64,000 nt of DNA from a virus. Taxonomy: Duplodnaviria > Caudoviricetes. This document shows positions 24,002-33,017 of the stretch, piece after piece (positions within the stretch are counted from its first letter, which is position 1; each line of letters opens with the position of its first letter). A model generated the notes under the pieces. That model was given only the letters and a program-made list of their open reading frames with translations. It was not told the origin of the DNA and did not search any database. The stretch is from the IMG/VR virus record IMGVR_UViG_3300028886_000055, positions 75,731 through 139,730 of that record. One strand, written 5' to 3'. The position numbers and the translations under genes were made by a program.

Positions 24002-24063
24002 TCTTTAATGCAGCCATTCTTTGGAATGAGAGTCACAAGCCTCTATAAATTGCAGAGTGGAGA
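24002..24063 (+). ncRNA. Twister ribozyme (P1 type)
   Basis: UCUUUAAUGCAGC-CAUUCuuugGAAUG-AGAGUCACAAGCCUCU-AUAAAUUGCAGAGUGGAGA: UA cleavage dinucleotide, P2 UGCA/UGCA, P3, P4 and pseudoknot CAC/GUG as in twister consensus. Confidence 0.85.
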
Positions 24064-24670
24064 AAGAGATAAAAACAGGTCTGGCTACGAAAGGTTCGAC
24101 TCCTACTAGTGAATATCGTTATGTAAACATCTATAGTACCGTTTGCATAAAATAGCTCAAGGATATCCCTGGATTCGGAATCTATCTCTTTTCTTTTTAA
24201 ATAAAATTTTTAATAGTGCTGAAGCAAGAAAACAGTCAGCACGGTTTAAAAAACTCAATAACTTCCCAAGTCGTTGAGGGCACCAGTTTCTTGGTAATAT
24301 AGACAGTAAGCAAGTCGGTAGTGAGTTTAAAACGACAACTATTCCCAAACTACCATCACCCGCAGGGAGATTGCCGCAGATGGGTTTAAAGCGGAGATAC
24401 TGTTTACCAAGTTTTAGGTGTAAAACGCAAAAAGGTAGAAGGTACCTGTATGTTCCTAATCCTGTTAGTATAAGTTGTATTAGCAGGTATAAGTTCTGAA
24501 TATCTGACAGAACGGATTTGTGCAGAAATAGTCAAGAACGCACCATAAACATTACTTGACTAACCAACCTAAAGAAAATTAATTAGGTCGTAGTATTCTA
24601 CGTTTGGTTGGTTTTGGGAGTTTATAAACCCATGTAAAACCTATTTTTATTAATTTTTAGTTTAACTATC

Positions 24671-24880
24671 ATGACAAAGATCTTTAAAACAAAACAAGGT
24701 TCTATTCTCTACTATGATGGAGAAAGAAAGCTTCTTTATGTACAAACAAAAGAGGCTTTGAGTGACATCATGGCATCTCTTAATGAAGATGCTAAGAGTA
24801 TTAATCCTGTCGATAGAATGTGTGCACAAGATATTCTTGCCGACATTGAGAAGTTAGGCATAACGACACAAGTGTTTTAG
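24671..24880 (+). CDS. Hypothetical early protein ending in TAG used as stop
   Basis: ORF track; followed by structured intergenic sequence. Confidence 0.7.
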   Translation: MTKIFKTKQGSILYYDGERKLLYVQTKEALSDIMASLNEDAKSINPVDRMCAQDILADIEKLGITTQVF

Positions 24881-24996
24881 GAGTGTTCTCCTTGTGCCTA
24901 TTTATATACTCCGAGATTTTTGACCTTATGTTTTGGTATAAAAACAATAGGTGACACTGGAGAGACAGAATTTTCTATAACAAAAAGATTAAGATT

Positions 24997-25134
24997 ATGT
25001 CTGAATTTATTATTATTTCACTTATTTGTATTCTTATTTGTCATGTTATTGATAGAATTCACTTATGTCACATCGAGGACAAAATTGACGAACTCAAGGA
25101 AGAAATCAAAACATTTAAAAATAAAGAAAATTAA
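24997..25134 (+). CDS. Small membrane-anchored protein, 45 aa
   Basis: MSEFIIISLICILICHVIDR... Confidence 0.5.
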   Translation: MSEFIIISLICILICHVIDRIHLCHIEDKIDELKEEIKTFKNKEN

Positions 25135-25142
25135 GATTAAAT

Positions 25143-25589
25143 ATGACACCAAACATTAAGAAAACAGAAACGGGAGTATCTGTACAAATAGTACTCCCGT
25201 TTGTTGAAGGGAATAGTATTCCCAAGTTGAGAAAGACACCTAAATATCAGTGTCTCAAAGACAACAAAGAAGCGTTAATCAAGGCCGTTAAAACACGTAT
25301 GCAAGCGTGTTATGACGATCTTGTTGCAGGAATGGACAACATCGTGTATAATGATGGTATGACCATTCATTACAAAATTGAGGATAAATATTCTTATTTC
25401 AACCTTCCGAGTTGGGAGGTTATGGAGAAGCTTCTCAAAGCACTTGAGGAGGATGCTTATTATAACTGGGATATTCCCATGTATGAGCAACTTCTCAAGT
25501 CAGTTGTTCTGCATTCTGAGGCCACACTTTATAAGGATTATGACAAGATGGTTTGTTATTTAATTAACCATCTTGCGGTTCAAGGTTGA
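25143..25589 (+). CDS. Hypothetical early protein
   Basis: ORF track. Confidence 0.7.
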   Translation: MTPNIKKTETGVSVQIVLPFVEGNSIPKLRKTPKYQCLKDNKEALIKAVKTRMQACYDDLVAGMDNIVYNDGMTIHYKIEDKYSYFNLPSWEVMEKLLKALEEDAYYNWDIPMYEQLLKSVVLHSEATLYKDYDKMVCYLINHLAVQG

Positions 25590-25615
25590 AATCCCTGGCT
25601 CTTTAAGAGCCAAAA

Positions 25616-25672
25616 TCCCTGACAAGTCTAGACCTTCACGTGGGTCAGGGGTCGCATTAGCGCATACTAGAC
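25616..25672 (+). ncRNA. Candidate minimal HDV-like pseudoknot RNA
   Basis: P1 CCCUGA/UCAGGG; P2 GUCUAG/CUAGAC; L3 UUCACGU; P4 CGC-auua-GCG; J4/2 CAUA; lacks the canonical G1. Confidence 0.4.
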
Positions 25673-25897
25673 ATTGCTCTTTTATCTTTTCTATGCTGCG
25701 AAGAATAGTAACAGCCGCTTAAGTAAAAGGTTGAATTGCCAGATATAAATAACTGGAACCCATAAATAGAGAGATTCGTTCAACTTCAGAAACTTTGTTT
25801 TCATTTTTCTCTTCCATATTGATAAAGCACTTAACATTGAAAGAATCTCTCTATTTTCTCTTACCTTAAATAAATCCTGGGTAAGCAGGTGAACACT

Positions 25898-27760
25898 ATG
25901 CGTAAGTATAGCCATATCAACAAGAACCGCAAGAATGGTGTCAATCGCTCCTACCTTCGTATGAAGAAGGAACGTAAGACACGCTCCTTTTCTTTCGCTG
26001 GTGTCAAGCTAGACATCCAACTGAACAACCGTGGCGGCATCGTAGATGTACAGCCACGTATTGGCGATCTCTTTAACAGAATCTGTGGTCGTCAGTGGGG
26101 TCTTCTCGAAGTTAAGAACATTCTTCGAGACGAGTGTATAGATTTTGCTAACTCTAACAAGAACTAAACTATGGCACGAGTTAACTACGATAATTTTGAC
26201 TACAAGCAAGCAACTGCCAAATTCAATATGGTGCGTATGCACTATATTGGAAAGGCAGTACAGAAGGCAGAAATCAAACAAGCCATTCTTACTTCAGGTT
26301 TAGGATGGCATTCTATCCTATTAACGATCTTAATCAATCACAAATGTGTGATTAAAGAAGGTCGTGGTCGTGCTTGTAAGTTGTTCTTTACAAAAGAACC
26401 ACTCCACTTTACACAGCTCTACGATGCGCATAAAGCGTATTTAAGAGCAAGAAGAGAAAAGAAAACAGAGGTCAAACCCGTACAGAATGAAACTGAGAAA
26501 ATTCCTTATTGGACATCGACCACAACTTGGTAATGACCTCTTAAAGGTAATTGGAGGGCTTGCTTTTATAGTAAGCCTTCCAGTTACTATCGTTTTGCTA
26601 GCATCTCCTAATAAAATTTGGGAGATGATTATACCCTCTTTAATCATACTGGTAAGTTCTTTTATAATTTTAATAAAGAAATAACTATGAATTACTATAT
26701 TACTATTTTATCGTCTAACGACGATTACGATGAGATAGCAGATAAAATGCTAAAGTTGTTTGGTACGTTGCACATCTTTTTGCGCAACGATATCAAGACG
26801 ATTGAGATCAAGGACCATGAAGTTGATCAGCCTATTTACGATAAGCTGACCAAAATCATAAACGATCTGGATGCGACTGCATTCATGTTCAAAGCTGATC
26901 CTAACCAACTTGAGGAAATGTGTGCTTCCGAAGTTGAAACAATTCCGACTCTCAGTTGGTGATGGGGACGTTTATCTTTTGGCTTTGTGAACAGCCATCC
27001 TGGAGCATTCCTCTGATTCTTATCGGAGGAATTCTCCTTTTTATCTGCATCCTTACAGGTATTGCAGATTTAATTGAACATTATCAATTTAAAAACTTTG
27101 AAAAATGAAGTATCTTATCAAATTTAACAATGGTAATGACGAAATGCTCATCATTAGTGACGATGCATTTTACGGCTTTATTCGTATTGCCGTTCAGCAT
27201 AACAAGGACATCATGGATTTTCATGTGACATGCTATCCTGACGACACGATGATTTATCGTTGTGTTTACGCAGGAAAAGCACACTATTACACTTATGAGG
27301 ACTTTAAGAAATTCTTTAATCACGAGGGCGGACAGCATCGTGACCTCAGAATTACAATCGCATGAAGTGTAGAATTTGCGGATCAGAAATTGACCACGAA
27401 ATATATATTTGTGGTCAAGAAATGGTTGATCGTCAACTCTGTTTCACTTGTAATCACTGGCAAAATCAGCTTGAAGCTGATAAAGAGCGTGGTGATTACA
27501 AGTGGACAGTGATTGATGGAGGACATTACGTCATTGCACCAGAGAATGAAAAATCCAGATTCAGAGGTTTTGGTGGACAAAAATTTATCATTATCTTTGA
27601 AGATGGAACTATTGTTAGAACTACCAATCTTTGGTTCCAAGGACACATACCTCCTGAATGGAAATCGCAGTTTCCTGACAATGCTGTTTTTGCTGACAAT
27701 CGAAAATGGCAGAAAATTGGAGATTGTGAGTATCTTGCTCCGTCTATCTCGACGACATAG
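25898..27760 (+). CDS. Run of small hypothetical early genes (25898..26167, 26171..26533, 26687..26962, 27105..27365, 27362..27760)
   Basis: Co-oriented standard-code ORFs with AT-rich leaders. Confidence 0.65.
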
Positions 27761-28044
27761 AGAGGCTTTCGTAAGGTTGAAGTTACCATCCGTACAATGG
27801 TTAAACCTTACCTAGAAGCACAATAGGTATTGTGTGATGAGAGGGCACCTTCTTATCTGAAAGAAAATGGTGACGAGGCAGCTGATAATTTGCAATACGC
27901 AGCTGTGACATAGATCTGTTATAAGCCTCCAATCGTGAGCAGATTGTGCTACTTAACAATCTATAATGAGTGTAACTTGCAAAACTCTGTAAAAACTTCT
28001 GCAAGTAGGTTGCCGACATCCCTAAGAGACAATTGTCGGTACAA

Positions 28045-28115
28045 TGAGGTTTGGTGTAATGGCAGCACACAACATTTTGGATGTTGTAGTACAGGTCCGA
28101 ATCCTGTAATCTCAA
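28045..28115 (+). tRNA. tRNA-Gln(UUG)
   Basis: TGAGGTT/AATCTCA acceptor; CAACA-TTTTGGA-TGTTG anticodon arm. Confidence 0.85.
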
Positions 28116-28255
28116 CTCGTTTGTCATGATGTTTAAAGGTTAAACGGTAGCTGTGCCTGCTGAACTCTGTGAAGATAGTAAGCTAAAACAGCATTTATTA
28201 TTAAATATTAACTAATATTAATTACTATTAGATTTTTAATATAGATATTTTTTAT

Positions 28256-28263
28256 TACATTTG
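28256..28263 (+). promoter_or_regulatory. Bacteroidota-type -7 box TACATTTG directly before tRNA-Pro and the endonuclease
   Basis: TAnnTTTG consensus. Confidence 0.55.
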
Positions 28264-28267
28264 TAAT

Positions 28268-28341
28268 AGGGAAGGAGCCAGTAAGGATGGGCACTAGTTT
28301 TGGGAACTAGATGAAAGCAGGAGCGTTACCTGTCTTCCCTA
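28268..28341 (+). tRNA. tRNA-Pro(UGG) with atypical T loop
   Basis: AGGGAAG/CTTCCCT; CTAGT-TTTGGGA-ACTAG; T loop AGCGTTA. Confidence 0.75.
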
Positions 28342-28379
28342 CTTAGATAAATACAAAAACAAATATAAATGATTACATT

Positions 28380-29156
28380 ATGGATTACACTTAGGTTATA
28401 GGAAATACAAATGAATTAAAATGTATGATTGCATTTATGGAATTAGGATACGATTGTTCAATTCCATATGGAAACTGTTCAAAATACGATTTTATTGTAG
28501 ATTTAGGGGATAAATTTATTAAAATACAATGTAAAAGCTCTCATTATGTAAGAAAACACGGAAGTCAAAAAGAAGATGCTTTTACTTTTTCCACTGTTTG
28601 TAGTACGCTTAATACGAAAGAAAAAATTACGTATAAATATAATAATAATCAAATAGATTATTTTGCTACTAGTTTTAATAAACAAGTTTATGTTATTCCG
28701 TTTAAAGAATGTGAAGGATTAACATCTAAAACATTAAGACTAGCTCCTCCAGCAAATGGAAATTCAAATTGTTCTTATGCGGAAGAATATCTTATAGAAA
28801 AACAATTCCCTGAATATCAACCATATATAGAGTCTAAAGAAAAATATTTGAGCCGAAACATAAAACCATCTATAGGAATATCTAATCCAGATTTATTTAA
28901 ATGCTCTGAATGTGGAGCTGAAACAACTGTTAAAAACGGTTTATGTATAAATTGTGCTAGAGAAAAATCTAGAAAAGCAGAAAGGCCAGATAGAGAAACT
29001 TTAAAAAGTTTAATTAGAACAACACCATTTACTACCATAGGAAAAAATTATAATGTTACAGATAATACTATACGTAAATGGTGTAAAGCATATAATCTCC
29101 CTCATAAAAGTTCTGAAATAAAGAATATTTCAGATGTTGATTGGGAATTAATATAA
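28380..29156 (+). CDS. PD-(D/E)XK homing-type endonuclease with C-terminal Zn ribbon and HTH; TAG at codon 5
   Basis: MDYT[TAG]VIGNTNELKCM...SIPYG..SKYDFIVD...KIQCKS...IDYFA; C-terminal RP...IGKNYNVTDNTIRKWCK. Confidence 0.85.
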
Positions 29157-29273
29157 TGATAAAGATTTGTTTGTGCCAGACCCCATGTCTGATGTTTTTT
29201 GGGTTAATTACCGAAAGTATGTGAATATAAGTAGGTAATTTTTATTTTGTTTAATCATTAAAACTCTATAAAG

Positions 29274-29597
29274 ATGAATATGCAATTTATTCAAGAACGT
29301 ATTAAAGAGATTAAAAAAAATGTTCCAAATTTTAAGTTGGACATCACTTATGCAATTATTTATCCTACAGTTGGCAAATTGAAGTTCTGTAATCGTTCTG
29401 AAATGATTGCAGAACTAGGTATTCTTAAAGACCAAGATGTAGCTCACATGGAGATCATCTGGGTAAACAAGAATATGGCAGTAGACTCAGCATTACACAT
29501 TGCCAGACAATTTGATCTGGAGTATGAAGTAATGTATGACATTACGGCTAATTGTATGACGCCGTATCAAGCACTTCAAGAGTGGGATATTATTTAA
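29274..29597 (+). CDS. Hypothetical protein
   Basis: ORF track; terminator at about 29579..29612. Confidence 0.7.
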   Translation: MNMQFIQERIKEIKKNVPNFKLDITYAIIYPTVGKLKFCNRSEMIAELGILKDQDVAHMEIIWVNKNMAVDSALHIARQFDLEYEVMYDITANCMTPYQALQEWDII

Positions 29598-29667
29598 TCC
29601 CACTCTTTTTTTAAATGAGAGATAATTTTATTTTTTAATTTACATTTAAACTTATATATTTGTAAAC

Positions 29668-30531
29668 ATGATTAGCAAAAAATACTTTGGAGAGAAAGGT
29701 CTTACCAGTACGTCTGCCAACTATTTGACAAATGTAGGACAAGAAGCCCTTACTGGGTATAAGACTACTTTAGACAATCTGAGATGGTACAGCGAGACTA
29801 TGGTTCTTCTTTCTTCTGGAAAGGAAGTTCCTATGGTGAATGGTAACACACCAACTTTAGAGGAGATTAAAGTCATCATCAACGAGATGAGCAAGATCAA
29901 CGCCTTCTGTGCTTGGATACGTGAAGCCATTAAAGCTAAGGAGGTTCTTGAAGGAGAATTTCCTGATTTCGACGAGTGGAAGGCAGATAAAGAAACAGTA
30001 TCTTCACCTGCTCGTCCTCAACGTTTCACTGAAGCTGATGTTGTAGCCGAGTTTGATGTTAAGAAGCTCAATGAGTATCTTACTCTTGAGGCTTATGCAG
30101 CAACTCTCGGTAAGTTAATTCATCAAAATGGTTCAATTAGCACTGCACGTAAGCAATTACATAACGTGCTAGAAACTCCCAACTCTGTTGATAAGATGGA
30201 TAGCGATGTAGTGATTACACGCTATACTCCGATTCTCAACACAAATGAGGTTGATGATTGGTACATGCAACTTCAAAACAAATACCGTGAGGTAGAACGT
30301 CAACTTAATCAGATCAAGTATCAGATTAAGGAAGAAGTTGCTACACGCAATCGTGTTGCTCAAACTCAATACAACGCTGAACTTAGAAAGTATAATGCTG
30401 AACAAGAGCAATTGTTCGCTGAATACCGTACTGAGTCAGAAGCGTATCGTAATGAGATTGCTAAGTTAAAAATTATCGTTCCTCGAGAACTTGAAGGAAC
30501 GTTCAATCATCTTCAATCTTTAGGTAAGTGA
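29668..30531 (+). CDS. Coiled-coil protein (GLTSTSANYL...AWIREAIKAKE...AATLGKLIH..G), function unknown
   Basis: 287 aa ORF; followed by about 400 nt of non-coding-like patterned sequence. Confidence 0.8.
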   Translation: MISKKYFGEKGLTSTSANYLTNVGQEALTGYKTTLDNLRWYSETMVLLSSGKEVPMVNGNTPTLEEIKVIINEMSKINAFCAWIREAIKAKEVLEGEFPDFDEWKADKETVSSPARPQRFTEADVVAEFDVKKLNEYLTLEAYAATLGKLIHQNGSISTARKQLHNVLETPNSVDKMDSDVVITRYTPILNTNEVDDWYMQLQNKYREVERQLNQIKYQIKEEVATRNRVAQTQYNAELRKYNAEQEQLFAEYRTESEAYRNEIAKLKIIVPRELEGTFNHLQSLGK

Positions 30532-30941
30532 TTTATCTAAAGTAGAATAGGTTCAAGAACTTGATTCTCATTGGAATCTAATCTTGATTTACAGAGATAA
30601 GAAAGAAACGTCATATTTATAAATTATGTACATTACTCAAAGTTTAGTTAACTTTGTACCTTCGTTGGGAAGGACTGGCGTTTCTATCGAAATTAAAGAA
30701 CTCTCTGTCTTCGTCTTCGTTGATAGAAACGGTCTTTGTCTAGGACTTAGACTTTGTTGTAGTTGTTTCTTTCTTATCTTTGACTATTTTTTAAGGCCCT
30801 GTAGTTTAGAAGCAGAACGCAAGATTTTCATTCTTGAGAACACGGAGCGTTACCGTGCTGGGCTACTATAATACAAAACTTCACCAACTATAATCAGCGA
30901 TTTGGAAGTTTATGCAAGCTGAAGTTTTGTATTTTACATAT

Positions 30942-31011
30942 TGTGGGTTAGTGAAACTGGAATCATGTGGGGCTCATAACCCTTCGTTGCCGTTCGAGTC
31001 GGCGCCCGCCA
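30942..31011 (+). tRNA. tRNA-Met(CAU), initiator-like
   Basis: Unpaired 1:72 position; three consecutive G-C pairs GGG-CTCATAA-CCC. Confidence 0.75.
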
Positions 31012-31112
31012 CTAATTTAAAGTTCACGTGAATTTTTAACGTGCTTGGTTTATCATAAGATTGGTTCGACTCCTTAGTGTAACGGTAGCACGATGATAAA
31101 TCAAACATAAAA

Positions 31113-31270
31113 CGGAAAATAGTGTAACGGTAGCACTCCCCTTTAGGTAGGGTACTTCGGGAATAATAGCGCGGAATACCGAAGACGATATATAAATGTT
31201 TCAATTCAATAATTGCGCAGTTATAGAAATATTTATATATTGAGTGAAGGTTCGAATCCTTCTTTTCCGA
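31113..31270 (+). ncRNA. tRNA-like RNA whose anticodon arm is replaced by a three-hairpin domain
   Basis: CGGAAAA/TTTTCCG-A acceptor; D arm GTGT-AACGGTA-GCAC; T arm GAAGG-TTCGAAT-CCTTC; about 100 nt insert. Confidence 0.7.
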
Positions 31271-31387
31271 CTAAATTGGAATTTATTTAATAGAAATGTA
31301 ATTCTTGGTAGTGTAAGTAGGGTTCGATTCCTGTAAATAGTAACTTACTGTATTTTTATTAAATATCTAGCTAGAATTCCAATTTTA

Positions 31388-32038
31388 GATCTCGTAGCTC
31401 AGTTGGTTTTTAGAGCACCACACTTTGATTTAAGAGTGCTATGGCGAGAAATCCCATAGTAGAATCACCTAAATTCGGTGGAAACCCTTTTTATACTGAT
31501 AATATAAATTCATTTGTATATAAAATTTATGTTAAAATAAATATAAAACTTTTGAATATAAATAGCGTCTTGGCTATATCCAAGCAATAATATCAGTAAC
31601 ACTAACCAATAATGTGTAAGGACAATACCGAGCGAAAATAATGAATCAGATAATATATTGAATATTCTGTGGGAAGGAATTGTTCCATACCTGACATTAT
31701 TCATTATAATCGTGTAGAGACTGAACGGGTGATACCGTAAATTAGTAAAGAGATTATATGTGTAGAACGGTGCTGGTGAAATGGGTACCTTTAAGGCTTG
31801 TCCTTTGAAGCATATAATTTGGAGCAGTTCACCCTCCACTAATACGGTACTTAGACAGTCCAGACCACAACAAATGAGATAGTATAGAGCTGGCACGGCT
31901 GTTCGGCTGATATAAACCGAATAATAAATGTGCAAAAAGTTGATTTGTTTCAAACTATCGGTGATGTTTCATTTGGCTATGGTAACATAGAGTGGTAGGT
32001 TAATGTGGGAGTCCTGGGTTCGAATCCCAGCGGGATCA
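31388..32038 (+). tRNA. tRNA-Lys(UUU) split by a group I intron after U34
   Basis: Exons ...CCACACTT | TTAATGTGG... rebuild the loop CTTTTAA. Confidence 0.85.
31426..31999 (+). mobile_element. ORF-less group I intron, 574 nt
   Basis: P1 CACTT/GAGTG with terminal U-G; AAATTCGGTGGAAAC; CAATACCGAGC; GTAGAGACTGAACGGGTGAT; ACAGTCC; terminal G. Confidence 0.85.
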
Positions 32039-32042
32039 CTAA

Positions 32043-32124
32043 GCGGTTGTGCTGTAACTGGTAGCCAGGTCTGGTTTAGGCCCAGATGTCGAAAGGCGTG
32101 GGGGTTCGAGTCCCTTCAACCGCA
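32043..32124 (+). tRNA. tRNA-Leu(UAG)
   Basis: TCTGG-TTTAGGC-CCAGA; long variable arm. Confidence 0.88.
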
Positions 32125-32152
32125 CATTTATTAACAATTAATTTATTTAATT

Positions 32153-32816
32153 ATGAACAAGGTAGTTTATAACAACTGTTATGGAGGATTTGGTTTAAGT
32201 ATGAAGGCAGTTGCTCATATTCTCCGACAGAACAAACCAGATATTGAACTATTCTTTTATAAAGAAGATGTTAAAAATGATGATTGGCACTATACAAAGT
32301 GTAGTGAAGCTGAAGCTACTCACGTCTTTCTGAGAGACTTTGGAGACGAATTTTATTATAAGCAAGTGAATCAAGTACAATTTAATGATAATGTTGTTTA
32401 TGATTCACAAGTTTATACGAGTCGTCATGATCCTCGCTTAATTAAAGCGGTTGAAGAACTCGGAGAAGAAGTTAACAGCGATTACGCAGAACTTCGTATT
32501 GCTGAAATTAATTCTGATTTATATCTTATCCGAGAATATGATGGTCTGGAAAGAGTAGTAACTCCAGAGGATGTGGAATGGATTAAAATTGAATAATATG
32601 AAGAAGCGAAAGAAATTCCCGGATATTCCGTGTATCATAGTAAAATGTGTAGAGCTTTCTGATCAATGGGAAACTGATGCAGATAGAACGCCTATGTTAT
32701 ACTTTAATTCTGCAAAAGAATTAGAAAATTTTGATCCGAATTATTATTATGAAGTTTATCTTATCGAAAACGGAGAACTTGTTCTTAGTAAAAAACTTAG
32801 CACTTATCGAATTTAA
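32153..32816 (+). CDS. Two hypothetical phage genes (32153..32596 with YGGFGLS..RHDPRL..EYDGLE; 32598..32816)
   Basis: ORF track. Confidence 0.7.
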
Positions 32817-32988
32817 ATTGAATATCTCATAATTTCATTTAATGACCTAAGCATGTCTTAAAACTGCTTAAATTGCTCGATTGGCGAAATTCTAGGTAAA
32901 CGCAGTAGACTTAGAGGATATTTTTATTCTAAAGATTTTCATTAACTAAATTTAACAATTTTGACTTGGAAGACTCGAAATTTTTCTT

Positions 32989-32996
32989 TATATTTG
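32989..32996 (+). promoter_or_regulatory. Internal -7 box TATATTTG for the intron HNH ORF
   Basis: TAnnTTTG about 20 nt before the ATG. Confidence 0.55.
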
Positions 32997-33017
32997 TGTA
33001 TATAAATAATACATAAT

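Larger units (their letters stand above)
22690..24660 (+). ncRNA. About 2 kb ORF-poor, hairpin-rich region, probable cluster of structured RNAs
   Basis: No credible CDS; many stems, a GNRA loop, a kissing-loop pair, a twice-repeated motif, a tRNA and a twister ribozyme. Confidence 0.6.

Noticed and set aside
24671-25159. TAG read-through joining ORFs 24671 and 24920
   Set aside because: The intervening DNA is a structured spacer, and a better gene lies at 24997..25134 in another frame
31760-31845. tRNA nested within the tRNA-Lys intron
   Set aside because: No valid cloverleaf; reads as an extended P8 region
30626-31953. Track ORFs 30626..30871, 30974..31204 and 31510..31953
   Set aside because: Implausible composition, or antisense to tRNA and intron RNA
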